The position numbers and the translations under genes were made by a program. A model generated the notes under the pieces. That model was not told where the DNA came from and made no database searches. It worked only from the letters and a program-made list of their open reading frames with translations. This document shows, piece by piece, positions 1 to 8,370 of a stretch of 64,000 nt of DNA. The stretch covers positions 217,420-281,419 of the forward strand of contig JAXLZM010000001.1 in NCBI GenBank assembly GCA_046350855.1, in the 5' to 3' direction. The stretch is from Candidatus Anderseniibacteriota bacterium. GTDB lineage: Bacteria > Patescibacteriota > JAUYIX01. Position 1 is the stretch's first letter. Every line of letters begins with the position of its first letter.

Positions 1-410
1 GGCCGCAACCTACCTGCCTTCAGAGAGGTCAGAAGATACTTTGTAACGGGAGTAATCCTCTTTTTGAGTGCCTGGCTCGTTTTGACGAACTCAGCACGGA
101 GCACTTCCGTTTTGTCTGGCATCACTTTTCCCGAGCGGTACTCGGCCATGACAACAACCCAGACATTGCTGCTGCCATTTTTTGTAATACGCTGCCGTAC
201 ACAGACAACGCCTTTTGACGTAACTCTTGTATTTGTTTCTTCCTTGACCTCTCTTTCGAGGGTTTGTTGAAGGTTCTCGCCTTTCTGAACAAACCCACTC
301 GGGATAGTCCACACATGCGGCTTAGCCGCGTGCGTCACCAAAAGAACCTCTGAGTTGCCTTTAACTACAAGGCCGCCCACACCGATACTAACCTTCGGGT
401 AGTTCTTCAT
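1..410 (-). CDS. Nudix hydrolase, partial (C-terminus runs off the window start)
   Basis: Minus-strand translation from the ATG at 410 gives MKNYPKVSIGVGGLVVKGNSEVLLVTHAAKPHVWTIPSGFVQKGENLQQTLEREVKEETN. It has a Nudix box (Gx5Ex7REVKEE) and no stop before position 1. It is absent from the ORF track, presumably because it is open-ended. Confidence 0.6.
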   Translation of the reverse strand, partial: MKNYPKVSIGVGGLVVKGNSEVLLVTHAAKPHVWTIPSGFVQKGENLQQTLEREVKEETNTRVTSKGVVCVRQRITKNGSSNVWVVVMAEYRSGKVMPDKTEVLRAEFVKTSQALKKRITPVTKYLLTSLKAGRLR

Positions 411-678
411 GGGTATGATTATTCTCTTTTTGCTGCTTTTCTCAACTCTATTTTTCATTTGGCAGAACTATTGGATCGGGCGGCGGGTGAGTTGTAGTGG
501 CGGGTGCGACGAGACCCTCCGCAACCACATTTAGAATTGCCGTCATTGCATGTGGTGGGGACCAGGGTCTCGGAGGCCCCGCCGCGCGGAACCCGCCCGC
601 CGCCAGCCGGTCAGTTCACCCCTTTACAACCTAGGACATGTGGGTTAGTCTAGCGGCGGCCTAAACAGGTCATTTGTC

Positions 679-1270
679 ATTAGAGAGCACCGATTTCTAC
701 TAAATCAAGCGCGCGTAAACGAGCAGATACGCGTTCCAAAGATCCATTTAATTGACGCAGAAGGCACCGATCAGGCGTTGTCGAGACCCGGCAAGCCCTC
801 GAGATGGCCAAGCAAGCCAACCTGGATCTGGTCGAAGTGGGCGCCAACGCTCGCCCGCCGGTCGTCCGCATCATGGATTTTGGGGCGTACCGCTACCGCC
901 AGGAGAAGCAACTCCAGCAGCAGCGCAAGAACCAAAAAAGATCGAGATCAAGGGGATTCGGATCGGAATGCGCATCAGCGAGCACGATTTTGCCCATAAG
1001 GTTGAGCAGGCCAAAGCGTTTTTGGATGAGGGCCACAAGATCAAGCTCGAGCTGGTCATGCGCGGCCGAGAACAAGCCCCGCAGCTCCGTAGTCGCGCTC
1101 TCGACAAATTAGACGCCTTTATCGCCGCACTCGGTCCCGGGATCATGCGCGAGCAAAACATTACTAAGCAACGTAACCGGCTGAACCTTCTCCTTGGTCG
1201 CAGCAAACAAGCCGCTGCCGCAGCCAAGAGCCAGACTAAGCCTTCACCCAAACCAGACTCCAATGCCTAA
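679..1270 (+). pseudogene. infC: translation initiation factor IF-3 (infC), split across three frames by two single-base deletions; likely AUU start
   Basis: The N-terminal segment ...RVNEQIRVPKIHLIDAEGTDQ reads in the frame with p mod 3 = 1. The segment GVVETRQALEMAKQANLDLVEVGANARPPVVRIMDFGAYRYRQEKQ reads in frame 0. The C-terminal domain KKIEIKGIRIGMRISEHDFAHKVEQAKAFLDEGHKIKLELVMRGREQA reads in frame 2. The shifts fall at a GG run near 773-776 and an A6 run near 932-939. There is no ATG upstream. An in-frame ATT at 679 with AGGT 10 nt upstream matches the known AUU start of infC. Confidence 0.7.
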
Positions 1271-1466
1271 AATGAAGACCCATCGAGCCAGCGCTAAGCG
1301 CTTTAAAAAAACCGGCGGCAAGCACGGTAAGTTTATGAAGCGCAAAGCCACGCAAGGTCACTTTAACGCCCGCGAAGACGGTACGACCGTGCGACTTAAG
1401 CGCGTGGATCAAGAAGTGCATCCTTCGGACGCCAAACGATTAGCAGTTTTATTGCCTTACAAATAA
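1263..1466 (+). CDS. rpmI: 50S ribosomal protein L35
   Basis: MPKMKTHRASAKRFKKTGGKHGKFMKRKA... has a typical L35 N-terminus. It overlaps the end of infC by a few bases. Confidence 0.9.
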   Translation: MPKMKTHRASAKRFKKTGGKHGKFMKRKATQGHFNAREDGTTVRLKRVDQEVHPSDAKRLAVLLPYK

Positions 1467-1472
1467 TTTTGA

Positions 1473-1834
1473 ACTAAACGAGCCGTACCACGAGTTAAGC
1501 GCGGAACAGCGACCCGCAAACGTCACAAGCGATTGTTTAAGAGCACCAGCGGCTACACCGCCGGTCGAACACGCAGCGTCCGCCGCGCCCACGAGGCCCA
1601 GCTGCATGCTCGTAAGCACGCCCAAAACACCGCCGCATGAAGAAGCGCCAGTTCCGCAGCTTGTGGATCGTGCGTATCAACAACGGACTACGCGCCAACG
1701 GTACGACCTACTCGGCCTTTGTGCATCAAGCCAAGGTCAAAAAGGTTCAGCTGGATCGCAAATCCTTGGCCTACCTCGCGGCCGAACAACCCAAGGCCTT
1801 TGCTGCGGTGGTACAGTTTGTAGTTGGCAAATAA
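1473..1834 (+). pseudogene. rplT: 50S ribosomal protein L20 (rplT), one single-base deletion and no canonical start codon in frame
   Basis: Frame 0 gives ...PRVKRGTATRKRHKRLFKSTSGYTAGRTRSVRRAHEAQLHARKHAQN then a stop. The frame starting at 1637 gives MKKRQFRSLWIVRINNGLRANGTTYSAFVHQAKVKKVQLDRKSLAYL, the L20 C-terminus. The shift is at an A4 run near 1624-1627. No ATG/GTG/TTG lies between the upstream stop at 1470 and the PRVKRG codons. Confidence 0.7.
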
Positions 1835-2895
<1,061 letters not shown>

Positions 2896-2898
2896 GCG

Positions 2899-3285
2899 AT
2901 GGACATCTTTGAGATACCGATTTTCAAAAAAGCCTACGAGCTCTACAAGCTTTTGTACAGCTACCGCGGGGTTATTCCTAAGGCCGACCGTTATACCCTT
3001 TGGCAGCGCTGCGAGGATACGACCTTAGACGTGGTCGACCATATTTTAGAGGCCAGTCAACTTGGCAGAACCGCTAAGCTCACCGCCCTCGAGGAGGCCG
3101 CTCGTAAACTCAATCTGCTGCGCGTTTTGGTCCGCCTCGCTAAAGAGACTACTACTATTAGCGCCAAAAAGTACATCGCCGCTCAAACTCTGATCGACGA
3201 GATTGGACGTATGCTTGGTGGCTGGCTACGAGCTACGCGCGTAGCTGCACAAACTAAACAAGCGCCCGTTTTTGAGCGCTTGTAG
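2899..3285 (+). CDS. avd: DGR accessory variability determinant (Avd), four-helix-bundle protein
   Basis: 128 aa, the same length as BPP-1 Avd. The C-terminal ...KKYIAAQTLIDEIGRMLGGWLRATR resembles BPP-1 ...HQVETAQVLIAEVGRILGSWIARVNRK. It is divergent from the RT, with start codons 3 bp apart (cat gcg atg at 2893-2901). Confidence 0.8.
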   Translation: MDIFEIPIFKKAYELYKLLYSYRGVIPKADRYTLWQRCEDTTLDVVDHILEASQLGRTAKLTALEEAARKLNLLRVLVRLAKETTTISAKKYIAAQTLIDEIGRMLGGWLRATRVAAQTKQAPVFERL

Positions 3286-3295
3286 CTTGAGGGAG

Positions 3296-3430
3296 ACTTC
3301 GGGAGAAAACCGGACGCGGTACCGTAGTTCTCGTTGGCGTTGTTGACCCAGTTGGTGTCGAACTTGACGTTGTCGTCGTTGAAGTTGAAGTACGGTGCGT
3401 TGAACCAACGCTGAGCATCGTCCGGAATTT
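3296..3430 (-). repeat. DGR template repeat (TR), sense strand = minus
   Basis: A 135-bp repeat matching 3778-3912. 26 of 28 mismatches are plus-strand T in this copy versus A/G/C in the other copy, i.e. minus-strand A to N. Many plus-strand 'gtt' triplets correspond to AAC codons on the minus strand. It lies between the avd stop and the avd terminator. Confidence 0.85.
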
Positions 3431-3460
3431 GCCGCGATCCATCTACGTCACCGAGTATTG

Positions 3461-3499
3461 AGTGCGCTTGAGCGCACCCTTTGCTCTGTTTTTAATTTG
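3461..3499 (+). terminator. intrinsic terminator downstream of avd/TR (plus strand)
   Basis: Hairpin GTGCGC-TTGA-GCGCAC followed by cctttgctctgtttttaattt. Confidence 0.5.
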
Positions 3500-3680
3500 A
3501 CAGCAGTCTCATACGAGACACCTGTGCGAGATCGCAACAAGCAGTATCTCCTCAAAAACGATACGCTCATGCAAAACGGACTTCAGCATGATTCTGATCG
3601 TTAGGTTTTAAAGAGAGATTTCGGTAAGCACGATCCGTAAACCGTACTGTATGAACCTATTCTCGTCGTGATTGTAATAA

Positions 3681-3712
3681 AGAAAAAAGGGGCCATCCAT
3701 GTGGACAACCCC
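3681..3712 (-). terminator. GC hairpin plus U-run downstream of the DGR target gene (minus strand)
   Basis: On the minus strand the stem GGGGCCATCCA-TG-TGGACAACCCC (imperfect) is followed by TTTTTTCTTTATT. It is ~65 nt past the VR/stop, and could also serve as the hairpin that some DGRs need downstream of the VR. Confidence 0.4.
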
Positions 3713-3775
3713 TCTACCCGAACGCAAGAGTCAAGCTGACGAAGACTCGAGAGTTCGAGGAACAAGAGACAAGCG

Positions 3776-4633
3776 CTACTGCGGGAGAAAACCGGACGCG
3801 GAACCGTAGAGCTCGTGGGCGTGGTGAACCCAGTAGGCGCCGAACCAGACGCGGCCGCCGCCGATGCCGAAGTACGGTGCGCGGAACCAACGCCGAGCAC
3901 CGTCCGGAACGTTGTACTCGTCGCCCGAGCAGTCGATCCAGAGGTCCTCGTAGCGCGTGAGACGCTCGGGGTGGGTCAGCAGCATGCAGCCGATGGCGAA
4001 CGCACCGAGTCCGAACTCGTTGGCCGTGAAGACCTCACGAGCGCGACGCACCGAGCGACCCCTGTGCCGCATCCCGAACTGAGCCGGGATGACCAGGGTG
4101 TCACCGGTCCGCTGCTCGCCGATCTGGGCGAACATGCTGACGGTGCGCTGGTGCTGGCGGAGACGATCCGCTCCGAGCTGGTTCTCCCGGTAGTTGTAGA
4201 GCTGGCGGGTCGACTTGATCGCGGTCAGGACCTTCTCGACCGCCTCGTTGTACGAGGTGGCGATCTTGTCCCAACGCGGGATCGCGAAGAACCCCTCGGC
4301 GCCGGTGGGCAGGTCCCGGCCAGTGTCCTTCTTGTCCGGACCGAGTCCGGGGAAGTACCTGCGCAGGATGCTGACCTGGTCGGCGACCGGCTTGACCTTG
4401 TAGCCAGCCGGGTAGACGTACGAGGAGCTGACCTCCTCGCCCGCGAACTGGTTCGACACGGACAGCCGCTTGATGGCCGCTAAGATGCTCGACTGGAGCT
4501 CGCCGCCGTTGGCGATCAGACGCTGGAGGGCATCCTTGTCGATGCTGGACTCCTTGAGCGCCTTCTCGGCGGTCTCCTTGACGAAGTTCTTGAACTGCTT
4601 GTGCTGACCAGACGTGATCGACGTCGTCGTCAT
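3776..4633 (-). CDS. DGR target (variable) protein with C-terminal VR, no obvious signal peptide
   Basis: A 285-aa ORF whose C-terminal 45 codons are the VR. A strong SD (AAGGAG) sits 8 nt before the ATG. An upstream sigma70-like promoter reads TTGACA-17-TATTTT on the minus strand. Confidence 0.8.
   Translation of the reverse strand: MTTTSITSGQHKQFKNFVKETAEKALKESSIDKDALQRLIANGGELQSSILAAIKRLSVSNQFAGEEVSSSYVYPAGYKVKPVADQVSILRRYFPGLGPDKKDTGRDLPTGAEGFFAIPRWDKIATSYNEAVEKVLTAIKSTRQLYNYRENQLGADRLRQHQRTVSMFAQIGEQRTGDTLVIPAQFGMRHRGRSVRRAREVFTANEFGLGAFAIGCMLLTHPERLTRYEDLWIDCSGDEYNVPDGARRWFRAPYFGIGGGRVWFGAYWVHHAHELYGSASGFLPQ
3778..3912 (-). repeat. DGR variable repeat (VR) at the 3' end of the target gene
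   Basis: Homologous to the TR with adenine-specific differences. It covers the last ~45 codons of CDS 3776..4633 (...YNVPDGARRWFRAPYFGIGGGRVWFGAYWVHHAHELYGSASGFLPQ*). The conserved 3' block cgggagaaaaccggacgcgg is identical in TR and VR and is a likely IMH region. Confidence 0.85.
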
Positions 4634-4779
4634 CGTCGTTTCTCCTTAGCGCAAATATCTGACCCTTGCGGGTTCAGGCTTTGTCTCTTTGTCGGAGACG
4701 AGCACCCTGTGGGTTGCGTACCAAAAACAAACAATCCACAAAGCGCTCATCTCGACGCTTGGCAAAGAACAATCGAAGT

Positions 4780-4808
4780 AAAATAGCACTTTTTTAGCTT
4801 GTTGTCAA
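4780..4808 (-). promoter_or_regulatory. sigma70-like promoter of the DGR target gene (TTGACA-N17-TATTTT), giving a ~150-nt leader
   Basis: The minus strand reads ttgaca acaagctaaaaaagtgc tatttt. Confidence 0.4.
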
Positions 4809-4847
4809 CCGGTGCCGTTCTACCGATTTTGTAGCTATAGTAGGGCC

Positions 4848-5210
4848 ATGGAGTATGACTGGGGTATCCGAATAGTACGTAAACCGATCACCCTCGCGGC
4901 GGTCCAGCAGGCCGCAAGCAAAACCTATGGCGAGATGGTTAAGGCGGTTGTCGATCTCAAAAAAGGCATCCTGGCCATGGGTGGCGAGATGCACGCCGAT
5001 GCAGAAAAAACACTCCTCGAAGACGGTTCAGCGCAGGCGGACTTGTGGGGTATCAACTTAGTGCCTGGCCTACCAAGGGAGAGCTGGATCGAATATGTTT
5101 CTTTAATTAATATCAAGCCGCGTGCTGGTAACCGCACTATGGAAATTCAAGATCCTAAGATGCGTGAGCAAATCCAAATGGTTATCACCCGATTAATCCC
5201 GCGAGCATGA
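4848..5210 (+). CDS. hypothetical protein
   Basis: ORF MEYDWGIRIVRKPITLAAVQQAASKTYGEMV... The ATG at 4848 lies within the longer track ORF 4812..5210. Its stop overlaps the next start (ATGA). Confidence 0.5.
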   Translation: MEYDWGIRIVRKPITLAAVQQAASKTYGEMVKAVVDLKKGILAMGGEMHADAEKTLLEDGSAQADLWGINLVPGLPRESWIEYVSLINIKPRAGNRTMEIQDPKMREQIQMVITRLIPRA

Positions 5211-5473
5211 CCTTTGCAGAACAGATGGGCAACATAGGGAGCGAATTGACTCGTGCAGTGGGTCGTTCACCGGAATTACGTCAGCAATCCTTGCTACGAG
5301 CAGAGGGTTTAGTGGATCGAACATTGCGCGAAGTTGGGCTACGGGATGCGCAACGACGCGAGTTAGGGTTGCTTAAAGAGCAGATTAAGGTAGGTGCTAA
5401 CCTACAAGACCTGGTGAACTATTGCCTCCCCTTTGCGCTGCTCGCACGTCGCGAGCACGACTCTAGACCCTAG
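5207..5473 (+). CDS. hypothetical protein, translationally coupled to the upstream ORF
   Basis: MTFAEQMGNIGSELTRAVGRSPELRQQ... There is a 4-bp ATGA overlap with the preceding ORF. Confidence 0.45.
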   Translation: MTFAEQMGNIGSELTRAVGRSPELRQQSLLRAEGLVDRTLREVGLRDAQRRELGLLKEQIKVGANLQDLVNYCLPFALLARREHDSRP

Positions 5474-5599
5474 GGATACTACCGTTTTTTATACACAGGT
5501 TTAAAAGCAAAAAGCACGATTATCATCCGCAATTTGGCTGCACTCGGGTATTCTGCTGTGCAAAACGTTTTCCAGTTTGTATGGAAAGCGGTTCACAAA

Positions 5600-5627
5600 T
5601 TGACGCGGGGAAAAGTCCTACTAAAAT
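5600..5627 (+). promoter_or_regulatory. sigma70-like promoter (TTGACG-N16-TAAAAT) in an AT-rich intergenic region
   Basis: Read directly upstream of the 5688 ORF. Confidence 0.4.
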
Positions 5628-5687
5628 TTAATCTTCTCTTAAGGTCGGTGCGGTAGTGTCGCTCTGCTTAACCGTAATTAGCTACAA

Positions 5688-5948
5688 ATGACTAAGCCAA
5701 CAACTAACGGAAAAATCACTTTGGATGACCTCGCGGGTATGGTTCAGCGGGGATTTGATGAAGTAAACAAAAAAATGCAAAAGGGGTTTGAGGAATCTAA
5801 ACAGCGGGACGCCTACTTACAAAAACAAATAGACAACGTCTTGGGTGACGTCACCGATATCAAAAAAGTCGTCAAGCGGCTGCCGACGCAAAAAGACTTT
5901 GTCGCCCTCAAAAAACGGGTTTATGTGTTAGAGCAGCACGTTGTATAA
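5688..5948 (+). CDS. hypothetical small coiled-coil protein
   Basis: An 86-aa ORF, MTKPTTNGKITLDDLAGMVQRGFDEVNKKMQKGFEESKQRD... Confidence 0.5.
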   Translation: MTKPTTNGKITLDDLAGMVQRGFDEVNKKMQKGFEESKQRDAYLQKQIDNVLGDVTDIKKVVKRLPTQKDFVALKKRVYVLEQHVV

Positions 5949-5954
5949 AAAAAT

Positions 5955-6368
5955 TTATTTTGCTTCTGCGCTACGCGAGCGCAGCCACGTGTAGGCCAGC
6001 AAAATCGAGGCAAGTCCGAGTGTAACCCCAAGCGCGTCGATCGCCACATCGCGCACAGCCGGCTCGCGTCCAGGAACATAGCCCTGGTGAATCTCATCGA
6101 CCGCGGCGTAGGCTACCGCCAGTAAGGCGGCTAACCCGTAACGCTGCCAACGAGACCGGAGCGGCACAGGTAAGGCCCTAAAAATTAAAATCACAAGCAC
6201 CGCAAACTCGAGGCCGTGCGCGAGTTTACGTAAAATAAAATCCTGTTCAAAGCCGCTCCGTAAATCTGGAATCGACGAGAACATCCAAATCACGGCACCC
6301 CACACGACTACCAGGGCCCAATTAAGGGTGGTGCGCTGACTGGGACTGAGACGGCGGAATGGGTTCAT
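5955..6368 (-). CDS. VanZ-like family membrane protein
   Basis: ...AAVDEIHQGYVPGREPAVRDVAIDALGVTLG matches the VanZ signature, with multiple TM helices. Confidence 0.7.
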   Translation of the reverse strand: MNPFRRLSPSQRTTLNWALVVVWGAVIWMFSSIPDLRSGFEQDFILRKLAHGLEFAVLVILIFRALPVPLRSRWQRYGLAALLAVAYAAVDEIHQGYVPGREPAVRDVAIDALGVTLGLASILLAYTWLRSRSAEAK

Positions 6369-6427
6369 CCTGCAAAGTGTAGCGCATGTTGCCGTACGCG
6401 GGGGGGCGGATGCTCAACAAAACACAA

Positions 6428-6462
6428 AAGAGCTCCCTCCCCTTGGAGCTCTTCTGGTTTTA
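6428..6462. terminator. bidirectional intrinsic terminator (AAGAGCTCC-loop-GGAGCTCTT, U/A-rich on both sides)
   Basis: A 9-bp perfect stem flanked by ctggtttt on the plus strand and ttttgtgttttgtt on the minus strand. It lies downstream of the minus-strand gene 6611..7423. Confidence 0.55.
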
Positions 6463-6610
6463 ACGAGCCAGATGGGAAGCCCGTAAAAGCACCTCCGAGA
6501 AACACAAGAGTGTGGGACAAACGATAGGGGGAAGTGCGTTTACCTAACTGTAGCCCGTTGTGAGGCGGGTGCAAGCGCGCGTGTGGATAACGAGTTTGGC
6601 CAGTCCGGCG

Positions 6611-7423
6611 TTACTTGAACAGCTGACTGAACATATCGAACAACCGAGCCTGGTCCCCCGTTTGTGGGTCGTTTGGGGAAGCTCCGATGTAGCGCTGGGC
6701 GATGTCGAGGGGTGCATCAAAAGCGTAGCGTTGCTCGAGGAGCCTGACGTACGAGGCCGCGTACAAAATACTCCAGTTTGCGTTGGCAAGTCTGCGGATC
6801 CGCTCGGTACGCGCGGTGTCGCCCGTTTGGTACTGGGGTAAAAGACCAGCGGGATCCTCCTGCTCAAGTTCCTCGGCGGTCGAGACACGCACTTGCGCCA
6901 GACCAATACTGGAATCCTCGCCGCTTAAGGCCGTGAGCACATCCCGCTCCAGCTCGTTGTCCTCGAGCCAGCGCAGTTCTTGTTCAATAATGGTAGCGAC
7001 CAGGGCGGGCTCGGTGTGCACGGCCGCGGCCGCACCGGCGATGTGGGCCAACTGATCGGCACTCAAGTACAGATCGTTGTCCGCCACTACGGGTTTGTAG
7101 TGTTCGGTCTCTCCGAGTGGCTGGTAGGGCACCTCGGGGGCCGTGCGCGCAAACTCTACTGAGCGATCCACGATCTCTTTAGATTTACCGAGCGAGTCCT
7201 GCACGCGCTGCTTAGTCTGATCAAAATTAATGGTGCAGCCCGCTAGACCGAGACTTACAGCGACGACCATGAGCAAGAGGGCTACTTTACGCTGGTTCTG
7301 CCGGATAGCTAACCAATCTTTGAGCAGCACTACGGGTAACACAAAGACCGCGGTCAACACCATGATAATGGCGTAGAGGACCGTAAAGGTGGTTTGCGTC
7401 AGCCAGCGCAGCAACTCGAGCAT
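6611..7423 (-). CDS. hypothetical membrane-anchored protein (possible lipoprotein, LAGC)
   Basis: A 270-aa ORF with an N-terminal TM helix, then an LGLAGC lipobox-like motif. Confidence 0.5.
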   Translation of the reverse strand: MLELLRWLTQTTFTVLYAIIMVLTAVFVLPVVLLKDWLAIRQNQRKVALLLMVVAVSLGLAGCTINFDQTKQRVQDSLGKSKEIVDRSVEFARTAPEVPYQPLGETEHYKPVVADNDLYLSADQLAHIAGAAAAVHTEPALVATIIEQELRWLEDNELERDVLTALSGEDSSIGLAQVRVSTAEELEQEDPAGLLPQYQTGDTARTERIRRLANANWSILYAASYVRLLEQRYAFDAPLDIAQRYIGASPNDPQTGDQARLFDMFSQLFK

Positions 7424-7491
7424 GCGGGGCAGTCTACCCTACTCGACCGGACTTTGACAGTCACGCGGGGTCGTGGCTCAATTGGTGCGAG

Positions 7492-8367
7492 ATGAGTGGA
7501 TCGTTTGCGGCGTTTTGGCTTGATTTTTTAAGACGCGTACAAGGGGGAATTCAGACAGGAGCCCCGCGCGCCGTTTTGGTCTTGTTCATCTTTGGATTCT
7601 TTTACCTGGTCGCGCAACTGTTTAAGCTCTACGGCTATCGCAGCGTCGACGTCAACCTCTACCGCAAACCTACCCAAGAGGCTATCAATCAATACAACAA
7701 GGCTCGGCGTAAAGTTTTTATCGGACGCTTTTTTTGGTTGTTCTTTTTGACCCTGGCTTGGGTCGGAGCGATCTCGGCCAGCGGAGTCGCCATCCGCACC
7801 GTGCTAGAGGGCTTAGGGTTTTTGGGAGTCTCCCTTTCGTTTGCTTTGTCGGACTTGATTCAACAGTACATTGCCGGCTTTTTAATTCTGAACCAAAAGC
7901 ACGTTAACATCGGTGAGCAAATTGAGGTGCACGGCACGGCCGGAGTCGTTAAGTCGATCGAGGCGCGCTACACCATCGTGCGCGACTTTAAAGAGAACGA
8001 CGTGATGGTGCCCAACACGGACATCTTACGCAACGCGGTCTTGATCTCCTCGGTCGAGGGGTTGCAACGCGACGTGATTCGCGTGCGAGTCGATAATGAC
8101 ACCGATTTACGCGTGGCGATCAAGGTGGGCGAAGAGGCCATTAAAAATACGCGTGGCGTGGACTCCTCAGTACCGCCGCGCGGCTACTTACGCTACTTTG
8201 GCGATTCGATGCAGCTGGCTTTTTATTACACGGGGGCGGCCGCGCGGCGGGAACACTTTATTGTGCGCAGCGAAGCACTGCTCAACCTAACCGACGCCTT
8301 TAAGCGCAACAACATCAAGATCGCCTACCCGACCGGGCTGCAATACATCGAGACCGAGGCGGATTAA
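7492..8367 (+). CDS. mechanosensitive ion channel, MscS family
   Basis: TM helices, then ...LSDLIQQYIAGFLILNQKHVNIGEQIEVHGTAGVVKSIEARYTIVRDFKENDVMVPNTDIL, the MscS beta domain. A TTGACA-N17-CTCAAT promoter ends ~9 nt before the ATG, suggesting a possible leaderless transcript. Confidence 0.75.
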   Translation: MSGSFAAFWLDFLRRVQGGIQTGAPRAVLVLFIFGFFYLVAQLFKLYGYRSVDVNLYRKPTQEAINQYNKARRKVFIGRFFWLFFLTLAWVGAISASGVAIRTVLEGLGFLGVSLSFALSDLIQQYIAGFLILNQKHVNIGEQIEVHGTAGVVKSIEARYTIVRDFKENDVMVPNTDILRNAVLISSVEGLQRDVIRVRVDNDTDLRVAIKVGEEAIKNTRGVDSSVPPRGYLRYFGDSMQLAFYYTGAAARREHFIVRSEALLNLTDAFKRNNIKIAYPTGLQYIETEAD

Positions 8368-8370
8368 GCG

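Noticed and set aside
411-678. A GC-rich intergenic segment upstream of infC, as a possible leader or ncRNA
   Set aside because: I could not recognise a T-box, riboswitch or L20-mimic structure by eye, so I left it unannotated.
3226-3442. ORFs on the minus strand (3226..3408, 3254..3442) with T/S-rich translations
   Set aside because: They are translations of the DGR template repeat in non-target frames, which is non-coding by design.
3815-4483. A 222-aa plus-strand ORF antisense to the DGR target gene
   Set aside because: High-GC antisense ORF with low-complexity A/R/V-rich composition, fully inside a better-supported minus-strand CDS.
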